A DNA stretch of 64,000 nucleotides, from NCBI RefSeq assembly GCF_009914755.1, contig NC_060932.1; one strand, 5' to 3'. Position numbers and translations under genes: made by a program. Positions 17,282 to 32,408 of this stretch are shown here, piece by piece. The number at the start of each line of letters is the position of its first letter. The stretch's first letter is position 1. The notes under the pieces are model-generated. The model made no database searches. It saw only the letters and a list, made by a program, of their open reading frames with translations, and was not told where the DNA came from. Source of the DNA: the human T2T-CHM13v2.0 reference genome, Homo sapiens.

Positions 17282-18873
17282 CTAGTGGTGGAGATGGCAT
17301 AAAGTACATGAGTTAGAAAAAGGTATAGAAAATAAAACTGACAGGATGTTATGATAGATAAACTGTGAGGTGGCAGGGAAGAGAGAAGTGTCAAGGTGAT
17401 GCCTAGGTTTTGAGCTTAGACAACTAAATTAATGACAGTGCTATTTACTACGATAAAAAACTGAAAATGATTCAGAGTTGGAAAGAAACATTGTGAGTTT
17501 GGTTAAATATCTCCATTTTCATTTGGATGTCTTTTTACAATCTCAGACTTATAGTATATACATGTACAAGCTACTCTTCAAGAGTCTGTTTATCCTATGG
17601 TTATTTTGTTTTAATGCAATCAATATCTTTCCAATAATTGAAGTTGGATGACCCAACATCCTTGATGCCTCTTGTCCTCTTCTCTAGGCCCCAGTGTACA
17701 ATTTTATCAGTATTATCTTGGCAGTATCTCCCTTTCAGAAGAGCTAGCCAGACTGCAAGTTACCAAGTTTTCTCAGTGGAGTTGGGGCAATCACTAACCT
17801 AGGATGAGATGTAAGTTTTATTTTCTAGGCCAACTTTGATTAAATGGTAGCGGTTGCCTGAAATGATGTCTTGAAAGGAATCTGAGGCCTCATTCCAGGC
17901 TCATCTAGGATAAATGTCATAATCATTTATGGATGTTTGCTGTGGGCATGGAAATGGGAATTGGCAGCACTCATGCTGCCTACTTAACATTTCTAGAAAG
18001 CATTTTGACTTATACCTCTCCAAAAATAGGCCACTTTATCTCCTCATTGCCCCACTCTTGGATTGAGTCCTGGATTTTTTCATCTAATAATCTCTCTTTC
18101 AAGTACAATCTCTCATTATGTCAGAGTTTCATGTAAAATAATAAGATTTATCTGTCTGACCCATTTACAAAATTGTGAGAAAAATTCCTTTTCATTTATT
18201 GACTTATCAATTATTTTTTAGTGCCTAGTACTTGCCAGACATGCCAGGAGCCATGTGAAGAGAACTCAACACAGATATTGTTTCAATAATCACTGAGATT
18301 ATACTCAAGCAATCTTGAACAAGCACACACTTTCTTAAATTTTCAAATAACTCAAGAAATTCCTAATGTGAGAGAATCATTTGTACCTATTTTAGGTGCA
18401 GAGAATCATCATTCTATTCTCAATAAATTATTAAAGCAGTTATTTAGTATGTGAAGTTAGCAGTGCTTCAACATAATAACAGTACTTCACCATTACCAAA
18501 ATATCACTCATCCATTCAGTTGTAATTTCTACTAAATCTTTCCTTAGTGAGGGTACAGGAGGAGAAAATGGGAGAGGATACAGATAAAAGCATTGTGTCT
18601 CAGGCTTCTATATAAATAAAGATGTGTTACCTGTAGAAGGCAGTAAATCAAGCTATTAGTATCCAAGAACCTGTTAACAGGAACTATCAGTAGCTGCCAC
18701 CCAGCAGAGAAGAGGGCCAAGAGAGTATGCTGAAGAGGAGATAGAAGCTGGATGGGACAGGAAGGATTTAAAGAGAATCTATCACATAAAGGGACTAGAG
18801 AGTAGCCAGGGAATTTGGGTTCAGGAAGTAGGAAACACCATAGGCAATTTAGTTAGTACAGGAGAACTAGATA

Positions 18874-21704
18874 CAGACATAACTCAGAGATATCATGGGT
18901 TCAGTTCCAGACCACCACAATAAAGTAAATATGACCATACAGTGAATATCACAATAAAATGAGTCTCAGGAATTTTTTTGGTTTCCCAGTGCATGTAAGA
19001 GTTATGTTTATATCATACTGCAGTCTATTAAGCATGCAATGGCAATATATCTAAGAAAACAATGTACACACTTTAACTTAAAAATACTTTAATGCTAAAA
19101 ATTGCTAATGATCATCTGAGCCTTGAGCGAGTTGTAATCTTTTTGCTGGTGGAGGGCCTTGCCTCAATGCTGATGGCTGCTGACTGATCAGGGTGGTGGG
19201 TTTTGAAGGCTGGCGTGGCTGTGTCATTTTCTTAAAATAAGACAAGGAAGTCTGCCACATCAATTGACTCTTCTTTTCGCAAAATATTTCTTTGCAGCAT
19301 GTGATGCTATTTGATAGCATTTTACTGTCTGCAGAACTTTTATCAAAATTGGAGTCAATCCTCTCAAATCTTGCTGCTGCTTTATCAACAAAGTTTATGT
19401 GATATTCTTTTTTTTTTTCTTTTCCTGAGACAAAGTCTCACTCTGTCTCCCAGGCTGGATTACAGTGGCCCTATCTTGGCTCACTGCAACCTCCACCCCC
19501 TGGGTTTAAGTGATTCTCCTGCCTTAGCCTCCTAAGTAGCTGGGACTATAGGCGCACGCCACCATGTCTGGTTAATTTTTGTATTTTTAGTAGAGACAGG
19601 GTTTCACCATGTTGGGCAGGCTGGTCTCAAACTCCTGAACTCAAGCAATCCACCTGCTTCGGCCTCCCAAAGTGTTGAGATTACAGGTGTGAGCCATCAT
19701 GCCTGGCTATTTTATGTAATATTCTAAATCCTTTCTTGTCATGTCACCAATTTTACAACATCTTCACCAGGAATAGATTCCATCTCAAGAAGCCACTTTT
19801 TTTTTGCTCATCCATAAGAAACGACGCCTGCATTTGTTCAAGTTTTATCATGGGATTGCAAAAATTCGGTCACATCTTCAGGTCCCACTTATAATTTTAG
19901 TTCTCTTGCTATTTCTACCACATCTGCAATTACTTCTTTCATTGAAGTCTTCAGAGTTACCCATGAGGGTTGGAATCAACTTCCAAACACCCATTAACAT
20001 TGATATTTTGACCTCCTCCCATAAATCACACATGTTTTTAATGATATTTAGGATGGTATATCCTTTCCAGAAGGTTGTTAATTTACTTTGCTCAGATCCA
20101 TCACAGGAATTACTATCTATGGCAGCTATAGCCTTATGAAACATATTTAAGAAATATATCTGCCTGTATCTAGTTCTCCTGTGCTAGAAATACATTTCAT
20201 AAGGCTATATGATTCATGCCTTCACTCATGATCACATCTTAAATAATGAGACATAAGAGTTAAAATTACTCCTTGATCTATGGGCTACAGAATAGATTCT
20301 ATGTTGGCAGACATGAAAACAACATTAATCTCCTTGTATATCTCCATCATAGCTCTTGGGTGACCAGTTACAGTGTCAATAAGCAGTAATATTTTGAAAG
20401 GGATCTTTTTTTGCTGAGTAGCAGGTCTCAACAGTGGTCTTAAAATACTCAGTAAACCATACTATAAACAGATGTGCAGTTACCCAGGCTTTGTTTTCCA
20501 TCTATAGAACACAGGCAGAGAAGGTTCAGCATAATATCTTGTGGTCCTAGGATATTTAGAATGGCAAATAACCATTAGCTTCAACTTAAAGTTACGAACT
20601 ATATTAGCCCTTAACAAGAGAGTCAGCCTGTCCTCTGAAGATGTGAAGACAATGACTTCTCTTCTCTAGCTATGAAAGTCCTAGATGGTGTCTTCTTCCA
20701 ATTCTAGGCTGTTTCATCTACATTGAAAATCTACTGTTTAGTGAAGCCACCTTCATCAATGACCTTAGCTAGATCTTCTGGATAATTTGCTGCAGCTCCT
20801 ACATCAGCACTTGTTTCACCTTGCACTATGTTACAGAGATGGCTTATTAAGCCTTATGAACTAACTTCTGCTAGCTTCACACTTTTCTTCTGCAGCATCT
20901 TCACCTCTCTTAGTCTTCAAAGAATTGAAGACAGTTAGGGCCTTGCTCTGGATTAGGCTTTAGCTTAAGGAAATGTGGTGGTTGGTTTGATCTTTTATCC
21001 AGCACACTAAAACCTTTTCCATATGAGCAAAAAAGCTGTTTTGCTTTCTTATCATTTGCATTCACTGGAGTAGCACTTTTGGTTTCCTTCAAAAACTTTC
21101 CCTTTGCATTCACAACTTGGCTAAGTGTTTGGCACAAGAAGCCTAACTTTCAGCCTATTTCAGCTTTTGACATGCCTTCCTCACTAAGCTTAATCATTTC
21201 CAGTTTTTGAATACAAGTGAGAGACGAGACGTGTGACTCTTCTTTTTACTTGAACACTTAGAAACCTTCAAAGAGGTATTCACTGGCCTAATTTCAAGAT
21301 TGTTATGTCACAGGGAACACGGAGACCTGAGGAGAGGGAGAGAGATGGGAGCAAGGGAAGAACAGCCAATCGATGGAGCCGACAGGATACATACAACATT
21401 TATGCATTCAGTTATCTGACTTACATGGGTGTAGTTTGTGGTATCCTAAAACAATTACAACAGTAACATCAAAGTTACCGGTCACAGATCACCATAATAG
21501 ATACAAAATAATGAGAATGTATGAATTACTGTGAGAATTACAAAAATGTGACACAGAGATACAAAGTGTGCACAATGTGTTGGAAAAATGGTGCCTGGAG
21601 ACTTGCTCAAGGCAGGGTTGTCACAAACCTTCAATTTGTTAAAAAAAAAAAAGAGTATGTGCAAAGTACAATAAAGCAAAGTGCAACACAATGAAGTATG
21701 CATG
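18874..21704 (-). mobile_element. Full-length Tigger1 DNA transposon (TcMar/pogo) with a decayed transposase, containing an Alu and a templated insertion
   Basis: TA TSDs at 18872-18873 and 21705-21706 with degenerate CAGGCATACCTC TIRs. Transposase remnants QVVNAKGKFLKETKSATPVN, KLTTFWKGYTILNIIKNMCDLWEEVK and [19 protein letters not shown]. Confidence 0.92.
19409..19708 (-). mobile_element. AluS/J-type SINE inside Tigger1
   Basis: TSD tttatgt(g/a)atattct at 19394-19408 and 19711-19725. Confidence 0.9.
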
Positions 21705-21915
21705 TACAGAGGAAAAGCAGAAACCAAAGTTATCCTAGTTAAATGCATGAATGAATGAATGACCAAAGACAATTAATAAACTAAAAGGAATTTCGAGGCC
21801 ATTTAAACAAATCACTCATTTCACAAGTGAAAAGCCTAACTTCCAGAGAAGAGAAATTATTTGCCCAAGGTCACACTTGCAGGTACTATTATTGAGCCTA
21901 GAGTCCAGATTTCTT

Positions 21916-22291
21916 TTTTTAATTATTTTTGATTTTTATTTTACTTTAAGTTCTAGGATACATGTGCTGAACATACAGGTTTGTTGCATAGGTATACATG
22001 TGCCATGGTTGTTTGCTGCACCTATCAACCCGTCATCTAGGTTTTAAGCCCCACGTGCATTAGGTATGTGTCCTAATGTTCTCCCTCCCCTTTCCCCACA
22101 ACGCCCCATAGGTCATGGTATGTGATGTCCCCCTCCCTGTGTCCATGTGATCTCATTGTTCAACTCCCACTTATGAGTGAGAACATGCAGTGTTTGGTTT
22201 TCTGTTCCTGTGTTAGTTTGCTGGGGATGATGGCTTCCAGCTTCATCCATGTCCCTGCAAAGGACATGAACTCATTCTTTTTTATGGCTGC
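21916..22291 (-). mobile_element. 5'-truncated L1PA (about L1PA7/8) 3' end inserted in a MIR
   Basis: L1 3'UTR and ORF2 end. Perfect 15-bp TSD gagtccagatttctt at 21901-21915 and 22292-22306. Confidence 0.9.
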
Positions 22292-23854
22292 GAGTCCAGA
22301 TTTCTTAACAACTAAGTTTATGTATGTTCAGAGAATGGGGAAGGAGTAGAAAATTCATGGTGTGCTGGAGGCAATTTTAACTTTTTAAATCATTTTCCAG
22401 AGAGCTGGTCCTAAATTTGTGACTAGTAGCTCTTTCTGTATTTTAAACACTCACTGTACTTTGTAGATATTTCACTGTCAAGGTCTTTATGGAAATGACA
22501 GCTTCATAATTATTTTCTCTGTGGAAGCCTTTGCTCAAAGACACTTTCACCTCTTTTGTAGATAGCAATAATCATTTTCATTACCTGACTGATTTAAACA
22601 AGCACAAACAAATAAATCAGCTACCCACAAAATTGCTATTTAAAAAAATCTATATCTAAACTATCTAGACAAGTTTTAAATTGTCATGCAATTCTGCAAA
22701 GAAGGACAAAAATCAGAATAATGCAAATGTTCAACTCAAGTTTTAAAAGGTCACACTACATGAAATTCAATCTTTCTCATCTTATAGTAAATGCCAAGGT
22801 GCCAGACAAGTTGGGAAGAAAGTCAGTCTCTCTGTGAGGCAGCAAAACTATGGGGTTAGACTTGTTTTGTTTCGACTTCATTAGTTCCTGTTTTTTAAGA
22901 TAATGTGTATTAAAATAGTAGAACAGAAAAATTGTTACAGATGAAAGAAATTAACCCAAAACTTTCTACTTCTTGGCATCAAGGTGCATGGGGTGGGTTG
23001 GGAGGAGCAGGCAGTGGAGAGCGAGAGGAGAATGCTGTGTGTGCTGCCAGGGAGACCTTCTGAGCTCCTAGGTGGTCAGATGTCTGCCTCTGCCTCACAG
23101 CATTCCAAACATTTGTTCCCTCCAGATGTGTGAGTCAAGTGATTAAACTTTACATCCAGCAGTGTACCCTTGGGCAATTTGTATGAGGGGTGTTTATCAA
23201 TTATCATGAAAGCATGGCCTGAAAGCAAGACTTAAATGTACCTTCTACAAAAACATAAACTGAAAGAGGTTAGATTTTTGGGTGCAGCAAGTACAAACAA
23301 CCTTAATCATGTTTGAATCATTCATTCAAAAATATTCCTTGAATGTTTGTTTCCTGCTAGGCAGCCTGCTAGGTACTGGAGATACTGAGGCAGAAAACAT
23401 AGCCATGGACTTCAAAGAGCTCACTGTCCACAGAGGCTGAAGTGTGTGTGTGGGGGTGGGGGGGCGGTGGGGGGGGTATTTGGGTGGTGGCAGATACAGA
23501 ACCCAATGACTGCCGTCTAGGAGAGGCCGCATAGCACAGAAGTTAGAATGTCGTTAACAGAGCCAGTTTGCCTAGGTCCAAGTACTGGCTATGAGCTAAG
23601 TGGCCCTGGAGAAAGAAATTACCTCTCTGCATCTGAGTTTCCTCATCTGCAGATAGAAATGGGCTGAATTACATGTATAATGACTAGAACAGTGATGACC
23701 CTAAAGCTTACTTTTGAATGAAGAGGAAAAGTTAACTAAGCCAAAAAGGAAGAGTAGAGGCCAAGGGGAGAGCATCCCAAGAAGAGCAGCAGCCTGAGGA
23801 AGAGACATAAGTATGAGAGTACATTGCACATGATGGAATGTGCAAGAAGTTCTT

Positions 23855-24180
<326 letters not shown>

Positions 24181-25576
24181 TTAGTGATATCATGCTGGGG
24201 AAGACAGATTGGAGAAGACAGAGACGGGGCAAGGAGACCAGCCAGAATGTCTCTGCAGCTATAATGGGGGTGCAGAAGTGCAAAAGAGAGAATGCTTGAG
24301 ATACTAAAGATCCGATTACAGCAGAGAAGGAGGGCATTCTATTATGACAGTTTTATTTCCAAATTAATGCTTGTATATTTAGGAAATTGCGTCCTCCAAA
24401 TACTGAACTCAAAAATTACCCATCCATGGTTACAGAGTCTGCTAGGCATAGGAAGACAGGGGATACAAAGATAAATTAGATGTAATCTAAGCCATGTATA
24501 GCTTAGTGAGGCGGATGGTACCAAAATAATTATAATACATGGCAGAACAGGTGTGCCATTCAGGAAGCACAGCATATACAAGGAAGGAAAGCCATGATAT
24601 GTGTAAGGATCAGGAAATACTTCAGGAAGATGAAAGCATTTGACATGGGGCATAAGGAATAACAGGATTTTGACAGGTGGAGAATGAAGAGTGGGTATTC
24701 CAGTCTGTGGGAACATGATGACCAAGGACAGAAATGTATGAAAGCTGAGGATGTTCAGGAATAGCAAATAGTCCAGTTTATCTGCAAGACTATTTCTATA
24801 ACTGCATTTCTAATAGCTTTATTGAGGCATAATTGATATGCAATAAATTGGACATACTTTAAGTGCACAATAATTTTAGACATACATACCCCCCATGACA
24901 GTCCTTTCTCCATTTCTCTCATTATAAGATTAGTTTGCATTTTCTAGAATTTTAATAAATAAAATCATACAGTATGTCTTCCTTTTGTCTGGCTTATTTC
25001 ACACAGCATAATTGTTTTAAGATTCATCCATGTTGTAGCATGTATCAATAGTTCATTTGTTTTATGGGTAAGTAATCCATTACGTGGATACAGCACTGTT
25101 TGTTTATTCACCCTTCGATGGGAAAGTGGGTTGTTTCTAGTTTTTGGTTATAGTAATAGCAGCAAATAATGCTGCTATGAACATTTATGGTTTTGTATAG
25201 ACACATAATTTCATTTCTCTTGGGTTGATAGCTAGGAGAGGAATTGCTGGCTCATATGGTAGGTGTGCCTTTAACATTTTAAGGAATAGCCAAACTGTAT
25301 CAGAGTGACTGTACCATTTTTCATTTTCAAACTGAAGTATATGAAGGTCTGAGTTCTTCCACATCCTCGCCAATACCTAATATAGTGATCATTTTTAATT
25401 TTAGCTAGATTCATATGAATGTAGCAGTATCTCACTGTGGTTTTAATTTGCATGTGTGCATTGACTAATGAAGTAGATCACCTTTTCCTGTGCTTATTTT
25501 CTATGCATCTATCTTCTAAGATCAAGTGTCTGTATACATTTTTGTCCTTTTAAAAATTGCATTGATTGCCTTTTTA

Positions 25577-25936
<360 letters not shown>

Positions 25937-27526
25937 TTATTTATCAATACACACTTAGCAAATATGTTCTCCCAATCTTTGGCTTGTGTTTTTATTCTCT
26001 CAATAATAGGTTTTTAGTTTTAATGAAATCCAATTTATCAATTTTTGCTTTAGTTATTGTGTTTTTGGTGTCTTATCTAGAACCTTTTCCAAACTCAAAT
26101 TCAAAAATGTTTTGTTTTCTGCTAGAAGTTTTATAGTTGTATGCTTTACTTTGAGGTTGATGATACATTTGAAGGAATTTTTGTATACAGTGTAATATAA
26201 AGATTGAAGTACTTTTTGCATTTGGATATTCAATTTTTATATTTTTATAGCACTGTTTGCTTAAAATACTATTTTTCTTGAATTGCCTTTGTACTTCTCT
26301 TGAAAGTCAATTACCCATATATATGTGAGTCCACTTCTGGACTCCCTATTAGGTTTCATCAATCAATTCGTCTATCTTATTGTCAATACCCCACTGTTTT
26401 GATTGCTGTAACATTATAAAAAGACTAGAATGAAGTGGCGTTTGTCCTCTAGTATTGTCTTTTTTTAAGCTGTTTGGTCATTCTGAGTCCCTTGTATTTC
26501 TATATGAATTTTAGAATCAGTTTTCCAATTTCTATTAAAAGATCCACAGAGATTTTGATTAGTATGGCATTGGATTTACAAATCAATGAGGAAAGTGTTA
26601 CCATCGTAACATTATGTAGTTATTCCTTTCCGCAGATACATATTTCTATTTGATGTAATTTTCTCTCTGCCTGAAGTCTTCCTGTAGTATTTCTTGTAGT
26701 GCAGGTATGCAGGTGATGCATTCTTTGAGCATTTGTATGTCTGAGTAAGTCTTCATTTCACCTTAATTTTTGAAGGATATTTTTGCTGGGTATAGAATAC
26801 AACTTGGCAGTTATTTTTATTTCAGTACTTGGAAAATGTTGCTTAAATGCCTGCTCATTTGCATTGCTTCTAGTGAGAAATCAGCTGCCACCTCTTTGTT
26901 CCTCTTATTATAGATTAGTTTGCATGTGTAATGTGTCTTTTTTCTTCGGTGGCTTTTTAAAATTTTCTTTTTAATACTGGTGTTGAGCTTTGTGATTACA
27001 ATGTACTTTGGTGTCATTAGTTTCATATTTCTTGCACGTATGGTTTATTGAGCTTCTGTGGACCTGGGGGTTTACAGTTTTTATCAAATTTGAGTAATTT
27101 TCAGCCATTATTTCTTCAAATGATTTTTGATTCCTTCTCCCCTTTGTGGACTCCAACTATAGGTGTATTAGGCTGCTTGAATTTGTAGCATAGCTCATTG
27201 ATTCTCTGTTCATTTTTAAAAAATTATCTTTTCTATGTTTCATTAGGAATAGTTTCTATTACTAGGTATTTTTTGCTATGAATGCCATTTGGTATGTTTT
27301 CCATCCACACATTGTAGTTTCATATTCAGAAGTTTGATATTAATTTTTTTTTAAATTTCATGTTTTTACTTAACTTTTTGATCATAAGGAATACCATTAT
27401 ATTAACTATTTAAAGGTCCATGTTGGATAATTCTAACATCCATGTCAGTTCTGGGTCAGTTTCAATTGATCAGTTTTTCTCTACATCATGGGTCAGATTT
27501 GCTCCTTCTTTGCATGTTTGGTAATT

Positions 27527-28101
<575 letters not shown>

Positions 28102-29914
28102 CTGGTAATTTTTTCATAGGTGCCAAACATTGTGAATTTTACCTTATTGAAGGTTGGATATTTTTATATTCCTAAAACTATTCATCAGTGTTTTTTTTTC
28201 TGGGACACAGTTATTTGGAAACCATTTGGTCTTTTCAGGTATTGCTATTAAGGTTTGTTAGGCAGGACTGGAGTGGTATTCCATCTGGGGCTAATTCTTT
28301 CCATAGAGGTGAGGCCCTTATGTGTGCTCTACCCAATGTCCCATGAATCATGACATTTTCCAGTCCCACTGGCAGGACAGGCATTATTTCTGGCCTTGTG
28401 TGAGTGCTCAGCACTATTTCTTCTCATCCTGTGGTGTAGTTTTTGCCTCAACTCTGTGTAGTCTCCTCATACACATACACTGATCGGTTCTCAGCTAAAT
28501 GCTAGAGGACCCTTTTCAAAATCTCCAGGATTCTCTGTGTAGTTCTCTCCTTACTGGTATCTGCCTTGTGAACAGTGGCTGTTTCGGTCTTCCAGACTCT
28601 CAGCTCTGTCTTCCCAACCCAGGGAGTCTGTCAGGCTCTCCTGCGGTTCCCTCTCCCTGGGCCATGGCTTGAGAGATCAAGGCAGGGGCACTTCTCAGAG
28701 GGGCATCTCATTTGTTTCCCATCTCTCAGGAGTCATTGCCTGATGTCCAAGGTTTTGAGCATTGCAGTATCACACATTTTACCTGCTTTTTTGTTTGTTT
28801 CAGGAAGAAGGGTAAATATAGTTCCCGTTACTCCATCTTGGTCACAGTGGAAGTCTTCTACCATGCTTTTTCAGATAAATCTTTAAGATATTGTCTTTTC
28901 AGTGTGACAGTCTCTATTCTGAAGGCATTATGGCATTTCCTTTGATGTTCTAAGTGACAGATAATTAGATTGTATTTGCTTCAGGTTAGTTGAAAGGTAT
29001 TTATTGGGCAGCTTCTATGTACCAGTTACTGTGTCTGTAAACAGGAATCAGTCCCAAAGGTTCTCTATATTCCTGGCATCAGTTTACAAATACAGATAAT
29101 TGGAAGGGACCAATTATAGGGTCTGTATATTATCCATGCTTTTAGTACTCTCTCCTTTCTTCTGGCGCCTGCCAACATCACCACTAATTTTGCATCAAGA
29201 ACAGCTGGAGAAAATAAGAAATTCAAACTAAATGATTTTACTAATTCTAATTAGCCTTAGTAAAAAGACTTAGGGGCAGAAGTTGAAACTCTGGGGAGAA
29301 ATACTTTATGCCGATGAGCTGTTGCTTTCTCTGTTTCATGCTATTACTCTATTCCCATAACCATAATAGAAAGTTGGCTCAACTTCAGATAGGAGAAAAT
29401 GAAGCTTCAAACGGCTCCACCTTAGAAGCTGAGGGGATGAATCAGGCTGGGACAAGGGCATAAGACTGATGACATCATGGGGTTGGACTGCATACAACCA
29501 TCAACCATCTCCATGGGGGCTCCAGCTTTGAGATGAGCATTTCATAAAATGTTTGAGGCAATTCATTGACCTTTCATGAGTTGGAGCAGTTGACATTTTG
29601 CCTGGATCTGAGCCAGAGTGGGCGCTATTCTAAATGAGAAAACAGTTATCCCATCTGCACTAAAGGAACTTTTTCTGATCCTTTGTTCAAGCTTTATTTC
29701 CAAGGCACTGAGTGAATTTAATTAATTTCACTAGCACCATCCCCTCCTTAGTAAATTCCTCACACATGTGGATTCACTAACAAATTGAATTTCATCTCTA
29801 GAAAATAACAAAAAAAGGACATTCAACTAAAGGATGAGAGATTAGTTTGGTGAAAGCTCAGTGATCTATTCAAAATGAAAATGCTTGTTAAACTGTAATG
29901 GGATGAATCATATT

Positions 29915-30030
29915 AAAATGCAGATTCTGATTCCACAGGCCTGGAGTGGGGTCTGAAACTCAGCATTTCTTACAAATCCCCAGGTGATGTGATGCTGCTG
30001 GTGTCCCTGTAATACACTTTGAGTAGCAAG
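29915..30030. mobile_element. MER5A-like MITE fragment
   Basis: atgcagattctgattc...ggagtggggtctga...ccaggtgatg...cactttgagtagcaag. Confidence 0.65.
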
Positions 30031-31361
30031 AAGCTAGAAAACGACAAGACATCATTCATTGTCTCATTTTGATGCTAAGTCACTGTTGTAGCCTGGAATA
30101 CCTTCTCAATTTGACTTTAGTATAAATTTTTCTCTAAGGTTCCTTTCAACTCATAAAAATGTATCATGTCCTAGAAAGTATAGGTCTAGCTTTCTTGTTA
30201 TCCATACATTCCTCTAGTCTATTGTCAGACATTTGTTGAGCACCTATTATGTGCTTTAGGACACAAACGAAATATGGGATTGTGCTTCAGCATGGATAAC
30301 AAGAAGGATTCATAGTTTGGTGGAGGAAATAGGCTTTCTTTCCCATAAGCCATACAATGTGGTTAGGGTAGCTTTGGAAGGGGTTTGAAGACAGTGTAAT
30401 ACGATGGTTCCATGACACATGGGCTTTGAAGTCAGAAAGGGCTAGCTCAAACCCAATTCTGTCACTTAATACCTTCGTCTTCATACGGCAAGGGCTGGAA
30501 AATTGATAGCCAGGGTTTCTCAGAAGAACAATATCAACAACTCTGGTCTTGAAGGAAGCAGACAGAAACGACTACTCAGAGTAGGTAGTATCCGTATGAG
30601 GACTGAAGGATGACCACAGGCTTGTGAAGTAGATGTTAGGGGTTGGTGGGTAGGGAAGTGAGAGGATGATTGTAAGCAGAAGATGTCACTAAGGTGTCAA
30701 ATAACCTATTTCTCTATTTACTTAGTATTTTGTAATAAGTGTGCAAATATTATAGCTTTGTAAGTAGATCAAATTAAAACTCTCCTGGGGGAACCTAGAT
30801 CTTTAAATGAATCCTATGGACAATTCCTCTTTGAAGTCAAAAGGAGGGGCAAGATTTCAGTGGAAAGTGCATAGTGGACATGGACTCAGAAGCTCTGGGT
30901 TTGAGTCTCAGGTCTGCTCCTAGCAGCTCTTCATCATTCGGAGTAGATGGACACAATGTTCTTTCCATTTCTAGCAGCCCCATAATGTAGGTACCATTAC
31001 TGTTACTACCATTCTATGAATTAAAAGACTGAAGCCCAGAGACATTAGGTAAAATGCTCAAAGTTATCAATTAGTAGAAGGCAGAGCAAATGTCTGACCT
31101 CAAGTCCACTGGATCAGGTTTTGTACTTTGGGATGTTTGCCTTTGTTTGATTATTTCAAAAGAGCATTTCTCATACTTCCCCAATGATTACACTTGCCTA
31201 GAAAACCTGTTGAAACTGCAGATTTCCAGGCCCCTTTTTTTGGAGGTTCCAATCCTGTGGATCTGGGATGGGGCCAGGAATCTATATTTTTATCCACTGA
31301 TATTACCCCCATCTCCCTATATAAGTCTTATTTTTAGAGGAATTTGAGAAGCAGCATGGCC

Positions 31362-31862
31362 TGCAATAATGGGTTGAATAGTGTCCTCTCAAAGTTCATT
31401 TCTACCCAGAACCTCAGAATGCAACCTTATTTGGAAAAAAGATCTTTGCAATGTAATTAGTTGAGATGAAATCATATTATAATAGATTAGGTGGACTCTA
31501 AATCTAATGACTGTGTTCTTATAAGAAGAGGAGAGGACACACAATGATATACACATACAGAGAAGGCCAGTAAAGACTGAAGCGGAGATTGCAGGGATGC
31601 AGCTACAAGCCAAGAAATACCAAGGATTAAAATACCAAGCCAAGAAATACCAAGGACACTAGAAGAAGGCAAAGGCAAGGAAGGAGGATTCTTCTCTAGA
31701 GGCTTCGAAGTGGTACCTTGCGGTTTTGGCCATCAAGACATTGGCCCTACCAATGCCTTGATTTTGAACTCCTAGTGTCCAGAACTATGAGAGAATACAT
31801 TTCTATTGTTTAAGACACCTGGTTTGTAGTAATTTGTTATGGAAGTCTAGAAAACTAATATA
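31362..31862 (+). mobile_element. MLT1C-type MaLR solo LTR
   Basis: gggttgaatagtgtcc...cagaacctcagaatg...ccagaactatgagagaatacatttctattgtttaag. Internal duplication caagccaagaaataccaagga x2. Confidence 0.8.
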
Positions 31863-32045
31863 CCTGCCATTTGGAAGATTGGGGAAATAATTACTGTCTT
31901 AAATTGACATTTTAACATAAAAAGCTGGCAACAGTATTGCTTCTTTGAGAGGAGAACCAAGTGGCCTGGATGTAGGACTTAAAGATAGACTTATTTTTCA
32001 CTGCAAGTCCTCTGTACCTTTTGAATATTAAACCAAGTGCATGTA

Positions 32046-32408
32046 CAGATGGTCCCCAACTTATAGTGGTTCGACTTAGGATTTTTCAACTTATGATGGT
32101 GCAAAAGCAATGTGCATTCAGTAGAAACTGTACTTCAAGTACCCGTACAACCTCCCTGCTTTTTCACTTTCAGTACAGCATTCAATAAATTACATGAGAT
32201 ATTCAATACTTTATTATGAAATAGTCTGTGTTAGATGATTTTGCTCAACTGTAGGCTAATGTAAGTGTTCTGAGCATGTTTAATACAGGCTAAGCTAAGC
32301 TATGACGTTCAGTAGGGTAGGTGTATTAAATGCATTTTTGACTCATGATGTTGTCAACTTATGATGGGCTTATCAGGATGTAACCCCATGTAAGTTGAGG
32401 AGCATCTG
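32046..32408 (-). mobile_element. MER47A-like Tigger-family MITE
   Basis: TIRs cagatggtccccaactta and taagttgaggagcatctg, TA on the left, 363 bp. Confidence 0.75.
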
